A stretch of 63,991 nucleotides of DNA, the filler included, from Octopus bimaculoides (Eukaryota), in the NCBI RefSeq assembly GCF_001194135.2. It is 6 parts of 6 records of this genome, joined end to end, with 100 filler letters (N's around TTAATTAATTAA, not from the genome) between each part and the next. Parts side by side here need not be neighbours in the genome. Positions count along the whole stretch, not along the records: positions 54,644 to 59,542 come from NC_068996.1; positions 59,643 to 62,780 come from NW_026315240.1; positions 62,881 to 63,991 come from NW_026407125.1; 3 more parts are not named here. One strand, written 5' to 3'. This document shows positions 54,600-63,991 of the stretch, in pieces. How positions within the stretch are numbered: the first letter of the stretch is position 1; the number at the start of each line of letters is the position of its first letter. The translations under genes and the position numbers were made by a program. The notes beneath the pieces are model-generated. The model was not told the origin of the DNA and searched no databases. It saw only the letters and a program-made list of their open reading frames with translations.

Positions 54600-55007
54600 N
54601 NNNNNNNNNNNNNNNNNNNNNNNNNNNNNNNNNNNNNNNNNNNATCTCATAGGGGTTATAAAATTTCAATTTCTTTTACTATAGATTTTAGTATTTGTGT
54701 CTTCTATTAGACATCTGACCTGCTTTGTTTTGCAAACCAGACCGAATCCTTCAAATGCAAAACGTTGAAAGGAAGACGCTGCATTCTTTTGACTTACCCA
54801 TCGGTCACCTCGGTGCCCAGCCTTTATATTGACATGGTAGCTCCCTGAATTAGTTGTATGCTGTCAACTTAATGTGACAGTCCCCTGAAGAGAATAATAC
54901 TACTGTTGGTTAGACCTAGGAAGCTGCACCGCTTCCTTTTGTCCTTGACACATTTCCTGTGTCCTTATGTTTACAAGGGGGAGACAAGCACATCCACCCA
55001 GCTAAGC

Positions 55008-55059
55008 CTACATCCATAAACATGTTTCTGAGTCTTTGCTCGTCATCAGTCTGGAGTAG
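55008..55059 (-). ncRNA. Decayed minimal type-I hammerhead ribozyme motif
   Basis: Minus strand reads CUAC-UCCAGA CUGAUGA CGAG caaaga CUCA GAAA CAUG UU UAUGGA u GUAG. Core boxes are intact; stems II and I each have one mismatch. Confidence 0.6.
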
Positions 55060-55586
55060 CATGACCTGCTAGTCGAAGATGCCTGTCAAGCTCTTGTAAA
55101 CATATAATAATTCTAGTGAAATGCATTCACTGATTTCAAATTTAGAAATGATACATTTCTAAATCTCTCAGAGAAAGTATCAATAGTTTTACTATTAAAA
55201 CTGAAAGTATTATCTCACATTACAATAGAGATGTTATTGTTTCACTTTTGACACATAGTACTGAAATAGTGTAAGACATAAGAAATTGATCCGGGATCGC
55301 ATTAGGCAAGAAGTTGAACATTTGTTTGGCCCATGGCACTGCATGGACCCTAAGTAAGGTATGTGTAAAATTTGAATGAAATCGGTTGGGTAGTTCTCGA
55401 GTTTTAGTGATGCCCACATACAGACAAACACACGCACACATTCTCAGTTATATATATATATATATATATATGGAGAGAGAGAGAGTGAGTGAGAGAGAAA
55501 GAGAGAGCTAGATAGATAAATAGATAGATGGACAGACAGACAGACAGACATATAGATAGATAGATGTTTTAAATCCTCTGCATGCA

Positions 55587-56789
55587 TTGGGTCATCCCAT
55601 AAATAATGCAACTTTTTTCAATTGCATGAACTAAACGCTGGAAGTGGGTGGGATTTACCTGCATCAACTTGCTATAAAAGCAGGTAGTAATTTTACCTTT
55701 TCTTTATTCTTAGTGCAAGTTTTGAAGAATGCAGTTCGATTTTAATAGTTATTTTTTCAAAGCTATAATGGAAGTGACAAAGGAGCATATTCGGCATATT
55801 TTGCTTTATGAGTTCAATAAAGGCAACAACGCAACGGAAAGTGCGAGGAATATTAATGCAGTATAAGCGTAAGCTAAGCCTGTGTCAACATTGGTTCCAG
55901 AAATTCCGAGCCGGAAACTACAACCTAGAAGACGAGCCTCGTCCTGGAAGATCTGTAGAGTTCGACGAGGACGTCCTGCAAACACTGGTGGAGTAAAATC
56001 TCATCGTAACGGTTGAGGAACTAGCAGAGAAGCTTGGAATGGATTTGGTCATTCAACCATTCATCGACACCTGCGTGCCATCGGAAAAGTCAGCAAATTG
56101 AGTTTAATAGCACGCAAAGAATGAATGTGCTTCGCTGTCATGTCTCACGAATGAACCTTTTCTGAACCGAATAGTGACTGGTGACGAGTAATGTGCTTTC
56201 TATAAAAATGTCAAGTGCCGAAGACAGTGGGTAGGAAAGGAGAAACACTGGCATAAGCTAAAGAAGGTGTTCACCCACATAAGGTGTTGTTATCTGTTTG
56301 GTGGGATATGAAAGGTTTAGTCCCCTTTGAACTTTTAAACTCAAACCAAACGATAATAAAGAAGATCTACTACAAAGAAAAACAACCATTTTTGACAAAA
56401 AATGTTCTTCCATCAGGATAATGCTCGGCCACATACTACGAGGATGTCATTCTAAAGGCTGGAGCACTTGAATGGGAAAAGGGGCTACACCCACCATATT
56501 CCCCAGACATTACCCCATCTGATTATTCTTTATTCCACAGTCTTCTAAATCATTTGGACGGAAAATATATGAATTCTGCAGACGAGGTCAGAACAGTACT
56601 GGAGCAGTATTTTTCGTCACGGACAAGTGAATTTTGAAAGTGGGGCCCTACAAGTCTGCCAGATATTTAGAAGAGTATTGTAAGAAATGAAGGAGAGTAT
56701 ATTTTAGATTAAAAAAGAATTTTGTTTATTTTAATTTTTAAAAATAAAAGAAATATAAAAAAACGCATTATTTATGGGATGACCCAGTA
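55587..56789 (+). mobile_element. Near full-length (~1.2 kb) mariner with pseudogenised D34D transposase (55768-56712)
   Basis: TIRs TGGGTCATCCCATAAATAATGC at 55588-55609 and 56765-56786. MEVTKEHIRHILLYEF, FRAGNYNLEDEPRPGR, RIVTGDE, HQDNARPHT, PPYSPDITPSDY, NEGEYILD*. Confidence 0.95.
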
Positions 56790-56996
56790 TAACATTTCTT
56801 CGTTTGATTTTCTGTTGTAATGATTTTCTTTTCTTTTTTAATGTAAGATTAAATTTAATGTCTTAAATGTTAGCTATTATTTGGCCAGTGCAGATAATGA
56901 TGTTTAAATATTACTTATTGAATAATTCTATCAGGTCCTTTCTAAACACGCCATGGTATGGTGCTTTCAATTTGTACGCCATTGTCAGCATTTCTG

Positions 56997-57214
56997 TACG
57001 AAAGGGTGCTGAAAAGGTCCTGGCTTTGAGTAAAATACAATACAGAAAGATCAGTTAATTATGATATTCAACATATTTCCTCTCAGATTCACACACTTAT
57101 TGCAGCAGTCTTTCAGTTATTCAAAACTCTGTAAAAGAAATCGGAAGGCTGAGCCTTCAGCCAAACCTTTCGTGACATCTTTAAAGCCAGGAATTTTTCA
57201 GCAGCCCTCCTATA
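56997..57214. mobile_element. ~218-bp mariner-type MITE
   Basis: TACGAAAGGGTGCTGAAAAGGTCCTGGCTTT (56997-57027) versus AAAGCCAGGAATTTTTCAGCAGCCCTCCTATA (57183-57214). Confidence 0.85.
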
Positions 57215-57500
57215 GTATAGAGCTCTTATAACAGTTTATATTTTGAATATATCTTGAATAACATTTGCACGAGATGGATATTTCCGTCCGATTTTAGCAC
57301 CTTATGAAAAAGTCGAAGAATGAGCGAACGTAGTTTTTTTCTTAGAGTCAACATCGTCATTGGTTTCCGCTCATTACATACATCTAGGATGCTTTGTGTA
57401 AGGTTAAATAGTTGCATTAAAAATATTAACACCAATTCCTATTGTTTTTCATGTGCTTGATGACTGAATTAACAGACATAATTTTGTAATATAATATGAA

Positions 57501-57700
57501 GGCACACGGCTCAGTGGTTAAAGTGTCAAGCTCACAGTCATGAAGTAGTGAGTTCGAATCCCGGAGCAAAACACTTTAGTTCACGTTACTCCAGTTCACT
57601 CAGTTATAGAAATGAGTTGCGATGTCACTGGTGCTAAATTGTGCCGCCTTTTGCCTTTCTCTTGACTAACATCGGTGACGCAGAGAAGGGAGGAAGGTAT
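57501..57700 (+). mobile_element. tRNA-headed SINE family D
   Basis: A-box GCTCAGTGGTTAAAG and B-box GTTCGAATCCC, with no tRNA acceptor 3' strand; body shared with 41290-41450. Confidence 0.7.
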
Positions 57701-57980
57701 GCATGGGCGAGTTTCTCAGTTATGTTTGTCATCTTTCCACGATATGCATTGGCGAAAAACACACATACACATGCACATGGGCCTTTTGCAGTTTCCGTCG
57801 TCGAAATTCTGTCAACAGTGTATTGATCAAACTGAAGTCATGATAGAAAATAATTTCTTTAAGTGCGATTTAAGCAGTGACCACGTGACTATGAAACTAT
57901 TTCGATCAGATAACGATTTTTTAATATAAATATATGTAATTCAGAATGTAACCCTGTACATTTTCTTTTTTCATATATAT

Positions 57981-59130
57981 TTAAATGATAAACTTCTGGA
58001 ACGTTTTACAGATTTTTACAGTTCCAGTGATGAATTGGATCTGTAGTCTTCGAATTAGCTTTCTCCTTTCTGGTTTTGAGAAGCCTAGTTTCTCAAAATT
58101 GGTATTTAAGCAGTGTGTTACATATCCTAGGGCCCCAATAGTTACAGGTATAAACCTGAACTTGTAATCTAGATAGAGTAACTGTAGTTCAGCATAGGTG
58201 TTCTCTTTTTCACTGATCTACAGCTTTATGTTAACATCCGCTGGGCAGCTAATTTCCACAACTGTACACGGTTTCTCTTCCCCATCCCAAATCATTATAC
58301 CAGGTCTGTTGTGCTTAAATTTTATTGAGGTCTTCACTGGAACATTCCACCAGTATCACTTTTTATTATCAGTGGCTATGGTTTCTACCATATTGTGGGT
58401 TCTTATTTCTTTGTCCTCGGGATTATCATTCCGACGGAGTTCATTATAGAGTGTCTTAGCTACAACATCATGTCTCATCGGTAGATGATACCGTGATGAC
58501 AGTATCGGACAACTGCTTATGATGTGGGTGATATCTTCAGTGTGAACTCCACAAAGTTTGCATCGGTTGTCACATTTTACTGCTTTTCCTGCATCTCTAT
58601 CCCTTTTGTGCATCAGGTACTTGGTTGGTATTTCCTGTTTCTGGATTGCAAACGCATACCCTTCAAAGTGAGAGGTAGTAATCCGGTTATTAGTCCATAT
58701 TAGACCGCTTTGATGATCGAGGTTACTATCATCCCGGAGCTTTCTACTAACATATCCATGCAGAGTCTTCTGCTCATATAGGCTCATCCTTTCATCTGAT
58801 GGTACGTTGCGGTAAAGTCGTGCGACTTCTTTGGGCATGTATTCTAGGTTATCAGACAAAGAGTGTTACTTAAGGAGCTGCCTTCCAAGTCATATGATGT
58901 TATCAGCCTCATGTATGCAAACTTGGTCAAGGGATGCACTTCGACACTTGGTGGTTAAGATTTTGTCGAAGGGATATGATGCGACATTCAAAAGCATTTT
59001 GGATCGATCTTAAGCCTCTGCCGCCTTGTTTTCGTGTTAAGTAGTGCGGTCTACGTCACTGTTTATGCGAAAATTATTTATGCTTGTTACTATTTTTCGG
59101 GTTTTCACATCAATGGCTCGGATCTCGCAT
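57981..59130 (-). mobile_element. 3' half of an R4-clade LINE (RT thumb, CCHC knuckle, RLE)
   Basis: NSDVDRT, ORF 58356-58859 with CKLCGVHTEDITHIISSCP...RHDVVAK, then KHNRPGIMIWD...VVEISCPAD and FIPVTIGALGYV. Confidence 0.92.
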
Positions 59131-59500
59131 CCAATCAAGCAGCGCGAATGTTGGTATGAGTACTGATACTGCAAAAACATTGTGGGGCCACTTTTTTAAT
59201 GAATGCAGAGAGTTCTGAGGTCCAAATTTTCGTTAATCGGCTGTCATATTCTTTGATGACACGTGTTTTGTTACAGGTGCCAACAAAACTTTTTGAATTA
59301 AGAGAGTTTCGGGTGTTTGTAAATATATGGTTCGGTTGGTGCGTTGGTTGAACAGTCGATGCTTACACTCAAGTGTGTGCATCTATTCACATAAGATTCT
59401 CTGATGGAGAATTTTTGGAATGTCTTACTGTCTTACAAGTCTTGCACGTAGGTACGTATGTATGTATGTATGTATGTAAAATATATACATGCACACTTTA

Positions 59501-59542
<42 letters not shown>

Positions 59543-59586
59543 NNNNNNNNNNNNNNNNNNNNNNNNNNNNNNNNNNNNNNNNNNNN

Positions 59587-59598
59587 TTAATTAATTAA
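59587..59598. other. Artificial TTAATTAATTAA spacer in a 100-bp gap
   Basis: 44 N + 12 + 44 N. Confidence 0.95.
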
Positions 59599-59756
59599 NN
59601 NNNNNNNNNNNNNNNNNNNNNNNNNNNNNNNNNNNNNNNNNNTTAGAAATAGCAGTCAAAGAACTACTGATTCCAAACTACAAATTTTCTATCTTTATAA
59701 AATAAGTATTTTATATACATTCAATTTGTTATTTATTGTTGGTTGATATATACATT

Positions 59757-60154
59757 CATTTATTATTATTGTTGTAAGGCCAGTCAGGCGGTACTGGCAA
59801 CGGCCACGCTCGAAATGGTGTATTTTACGTGCCACCTGCACAGGAGTCAGTCTAGCGGTACTAGTAATGATCTCACATGAATGTCTTCCCACGTGCCACT
59901 GGCACAAGTGCCAGGAAGGCGACGTTGGTAACGATCCCACTCAAATGGTGCTATTTACATGCCACCGGCACGGAAGCCAGACAGCTGGTGCTCTGGCAAC
60001 GATCACGCTTGGACGGTGCTCTTAGTGCTCCACTGGTACAGGTGCCATCACGATTTCGCTTTCGCTTGCCCCAAACAGGTCTTCGCAAGCCGAGTTTAGT
60101 GTTCAGTGAAAGAGACGTTGGCATGGGTGCCAGTCTACAAATTTAGTTCGATTT
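59757..60154 (-). repeat. Interspersed repeat with four diverged ~65-bp internal units and an (AAT)-like end; probably a retroelement 3' UTR
   Basis: Units start near 59788, 59855, 59919 and 59987 (G..CTGGCAAC...AATGGTG...ACGTGCCAC..GCAC). The retroelement origin is inferred. Confidence 0.6.
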
Positions 60155-60575
60155 CNNNNNNNNNNNNNNNNNNNNNNNNNNNNNNNNNNNNNNNNNNNNN
60201 NNNNNNNNNNNNNNNNNNNNNNNNNNNNNNNNNNNNNNNNNNNNNNNNNNNNNNNNNNNNNNNNNNNNNNNNNNNNNNNNNNNNNNNNNNNNNNNNNNNN
60301 NNNNNNNNNNNNNNNNNNNNNNNNNNNNNNNNNNNNNNNNNNNNNNNNNNNNNNNNNNNNNNNNNNNNNNNNNNNNNNNNNNNNNNNNNNNNNNACAATT
60401 TGAACGAAGTTTAAGGTTAAAATAATAAAGATAGAATTAGCACATATTTAAACGATGCAATAGTTTAAGCTAGACTATTTATGACTAAAAACATTTATTT
60501 ATAAGACGTCTAGAGAAAATATTCCGTAAAGTATAGGAAATTAACATAAAAAGACTAGGTAATTATCGCATAAAA

Positions 60576-61400
60576 CAGTATTAATCAAAAATATTTCAAC
60601 CCTAATCAAATTGAAATCTTATATTAGGCAAAAATGGTACTCTAATTTCAAAATAATTTAGTGTTAAATGAGGTATCGATTAAAATTATCATTAAAAATC
60701 AATTGAATAATAAAAAAATACAAGAATATTTATTTATTCCAAATAATAATATAAAATCGTAAACAAAGTAAAAAATACTCTAATCAAAATGTTATTATAG
60801 TTCGAACTGAAACTTAGACGTAAAAGTCAGAACTCGAGGTTAATTAGAAATAAAAATATGAATGAAAAAATTATTATGAATGAAAAATTAAGCTTAATAT
60901 AGCTTAAGTCATAATTTTTAAAAAAACCCATAAACGATACTATAAACAAAGAAATAAAAAGGTTAGTTATTTAACTCATTTTTATAATAGAATGAAATAT
61001 TAAACACTATTAATCAAAAATATTTCAACCCTAATCAAATCGAAGTCATATTTAGCTTAAAATGATACTCTCTTCTAAATAATTTAGTATTAAATAAGGT
61101 ATCAATTAAAAATAACCTTTAGAAATCAATTGAATAATATAAAAATACAAGAATACATATTATTTTCAAACAATGGTATAAATTTGTTTAACAAATTAAA
61201 TGTTATACTTATCCAAATGTTGTCGTAATTCAAACTGAAATTTAGATGTTACTAAGATGTATAGCGTTTATTAGAAAGAGGTCGCGCTAAAATACTACAT
61301 GAAGATAGAGAATATAATAAGAAAACATGAATGAAAGAATAATTCTTAAAATAATGAATGAAAGAATAATTCTTAAAATAATGAATGAAAGATTTAAACT
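60576..61400. repeat. Very AT-rich diverged tandem duplication (~430-bp period)
   Basis: TATTAATCAAAAATATTTCAACCCTAATCAAAT occurs at 60579 and 61008, with similarity continuing to the ATGAATGAAA tracts. A 27-bp tandem repeat lies at 61328-61392. Confidence 0.85.
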
Positions 61401-61619
61401 TTATATAACTTACAAAATAAAAAAATATAGCTATCTTATAAAACATATTAATGAATTTTTTTAATTCTAATAAATAATAAATTTTAAATAATAAGACTAA
61501 GAAACGTAAATTAAATAATAAGCATGAAATAATCTAAAATACTATTATTAAATTAATCTTATAAAAATCGTAGTGTCATTGTAATATAAATCCTTAAACT
61601 CACTAAAATATTAACCTAC

Positions 61620-62780
61620 CAATAAATATAAAGTATAACTACTACAATTAGTAAAGAAGGAATAGTATAAACAAATGCATACCAACACACGCCCTCACAC
61701 ATATATACATATATACATACACATACAAATATACATACATACATATACGCACAAGTATATACATATATACACACAACATACACACATATATACACATAAA
61801 CACACATATATACATATACATACATAATAACACATATATACTAAAACACACACACTCACATATATACGTGTACCCATACATATACATATATATACATACA
61901 CATGTACATAGATAAACATACATGTATATACATATACACTCATACACTCATATATATAAATATATACACCTTTGAACACTAACACATAAAAATATAAAGA
62001 AGGAATAGTATAAACAAATACATACTCACACACACCCTCACACACACACATATATATATATACATACACATATACATANNNNNNNNNNCATATATACACA
62101 TAAACACACATATATACATATACATACATAATAACACATATATACTAAAACACACACACTCACATATATACGTGTACCCATACATATACATATATATACA
62201 TACACATGTACATAGATAAACATACATGTATATACATATACACTCATACACTCATATATATAAATATATACACCTTTGAACACTAACACATAAAAATATA
62301 AAGAAGGAATAGTATAAACAAATACATACTCACACACACCCTCACACACACACATATATATATATACATACACATATACATATATATAAATATTTATACA
62401 CACACATATACTCACATATATATACATATATACACACACAATATACACACACACATATATACATATACACATATAAATATAGCAGTAAACATATATACAT
62501 ACATACTAACACATATAGACTAAAACACACACACTCACATATATACATATAACCATACATATACATAAATATACATATACACATAAATACATACATAAGC
62601 ATACATTTACATACATATACATACATATACTCTTATATATATATATTAAAAAAGTATACACACTCTTAAACACTTACACATAAATATATAAAGGAATAGT
62701 ATAAACAAATACACACTCATAAACACAAACATACATATATATACTCACATGTATATACATATATACACACAACATACACA
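61620..62780. repeat. Satellite of 300-390-bp units built from degenerate CA/TA microsatellite
   Basis: Anchor AAGGAATAGTATAAACAAAT at 61657, 62000, 62304 and 62691. Confidence 0.88.
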
Positions 62781-62824
62781 NNNNNNNNNNNNNNNNNNNN
62801 NNNNNNNNNNNNNNNNNNNNNNNN

Positions 62825-62836
62825 TTAATTAATTAA
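62825..62836. other. Artificial TTAATTAATTAA spacer in a 100-bp gap
   Basis: 44 N + 12 + 44 N. Confidence 0.95.
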
Positions 62837-62956
62837 NNNNNNNNNNNNNNNNNNNNNNNNNNNNNNNNNNNNNNNNNNNNAAACAAACACAAGAAGAAGC
62901 AGGTCAATTGGGCTAGTTAGCCATTGATTTGATTATATGGAGATTGTATAATGATT

Positions 62957-63008
62957 CATTGATGATCGTTTCGATGTGCCAATTTGATTGGCAGATCTCT
63001 TCAGAATG
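62957..63008 (-). ncRNA. Minimal type-I hammerhead ribozyme motif, antisense to the Penelope ORF
   Basis: Minus strand reads CAUU CUGAAGA GAUCUGCCAA ucaaa UUGGCACAUC GAAA CGAUCA UC AAUG. Both core boxes are exact, stem II has 9/10 pairs with a G-C closing pair, and stem I has 4 bp. Confidence 0.8.
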
Positions 63009-63177
63009 TTGAGAAGTATGTTAAAGTTCATGGTGTGAGAGATGCAGGAATAACAGTTAGGGGATATGGTAATGTATACAGTGGTCTAAGAATATTGAAG
63101 CAATCTTATCATATACCTATTTACATACTTCTGACTAAGACTGCCTTAGCCAGCCTTAAACAGGTGCATACTGAATA

Positions 63178-63991
63178 ATGGAGCAGATACTAATAGAAGC
63201 ATCTCTAAAGGACATACCAATACCACCCAAAAATGTATACTTTAAGGAAGTTATCAGCAAANNNNNNNNNNGGACATACCAATACCACCCAAAAATGTAT
63301 ACTTTAAGGAAGTTATCAGCAAAATAACCGACTTCACCCACCGCTTGCGTTGGAAGGCATTATTCTATAATAAAAATGCCCATAATGAGCCACAAAACCA
63401 CAGCAATAATAATCAATTCACCAAAGGAATCTTCAAGACCAAGAAAACTCCTCCACCAAACAGCCACTTGGAAACATTTGAAAACGAAGTATGGGATACC
63501 ATCAAAAACATTAAATTCAAGCGACACCCACTAAGGAACAATAATTACCAAAGGTACCTTAAGGACCTCCTGCACAAGCTAAAATCACAGAACGGAATTA
63601 TTGTCCACTCAGACAAAACTAGAAATTCTTACACTATGGATATTAACTTATACCACCAACTGCTACACAAAGAAATTACAAAAAAATATAAAGTAGCACC
63701 AGATAGCACCTTGTGATCCATGAACTTAGCAACCAAGGACATCATGTTAGACTATAACTTAGCTGAAAAAACTGAGCCATTTGTACCACTTAGACCTAGA
63801 ATCACACTAAAAGACCATAAACCTAACTTCCTAACAGACACTAAAATTAGATTAATATGCCCAAATAGATCAGATCAATGTAAATTAAGTAAGCTAATAC
63901 TAGATGACATTAATATCATAGTTAGGACTAACTCTAGTGATGGTCGTGTAGAAACCGAAAGGAACGTAATGGAGAGCATCCAGCAAATAGC
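63178..63991 (+). mobile_element. Penelope-like element ORF, N-terminal/RT region; runs off the window end
   Basis: M..ASLKDIPIPPKNVYFKEVISKITDFTHRLRWKALFY, HSDKTRNSY and ITLKDHKPNFLTDTKIRLICP...KLSKLILDDIN are Penelope-type motifs. One in-frame TGA (63714-63716) and a 51-bp duplicate across N10. Confidence 0.9.

Noticed and set aside
58356-58859. 167-aa ORF with a Cys/His motif as a host zinc-finger gene
   Set aside because: It is the CCHC knuckle of the R4-type LINE, flanked in order by RT-thumb and RLE motifs.
60397-60810. 137 codons without TGA, which might suggest a TAA/TAG=Gln code (ciliate or dicyemid contaminant)
   Set aside because: At this base composition only about 2 TGA are expected. 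The 13 TAA/TAG seen are about the random expectation, and no protein motif is recognisable.
60576-61130. Minus-strand WLGLKYFWL-like peptide if TGA=Trp (NUMT or mollicute origin)
   Set aside because: The frame is broken by TAA and indels in both copies, and I recognise no mitochondrial gene or rRNA motif.

Overview
Repeat-dense, gap-riddled eukaryotic sequence, most likely a coleoid cephalopod (Octopus). That assignment is an inference from SINE families and microsatellite style, not from a search. I found no supportable host protein-coding exon, rRNA, true tRNA gene or CRISPR array. The long ORFs in the track are artefacts of microsatellites and N runs, or pieces of transposons. The window holds decayed mariner (D34D) and Tc1 transposons, mariner-derived fold-back elements and MITEs, several R4/Dong-type non-LTR retrotransposons with restriction-like endonucleases, an L1/Tx1-like ORF2, an RTE fragment, a nearly intact Penelope-like RT 5' region, and at least four tRNA-headed SINE families, some with clear target-site duplications. 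Best second-look items: (1) a near-canonical minimal hammerhead ribozyme antisense and just upstream of the Penelope ORF; (2) a second, decayed hammerhead at 55.0 kb; (3) an unclassified ~470-bp element at 17.6-18.1 kb with 3 x 60-bp E-box repeats, a TATA box and a structured hammerhead-like module; (4) a three-layer nested insertion; (5) an inverted pair of young SINEs that could form long dsRNA; (6) (TAA)n-embedded Dong-like LINEs. I cannot claim a new biological system: these are mostly new instances of known classes. All alignments and folds were done by eye.
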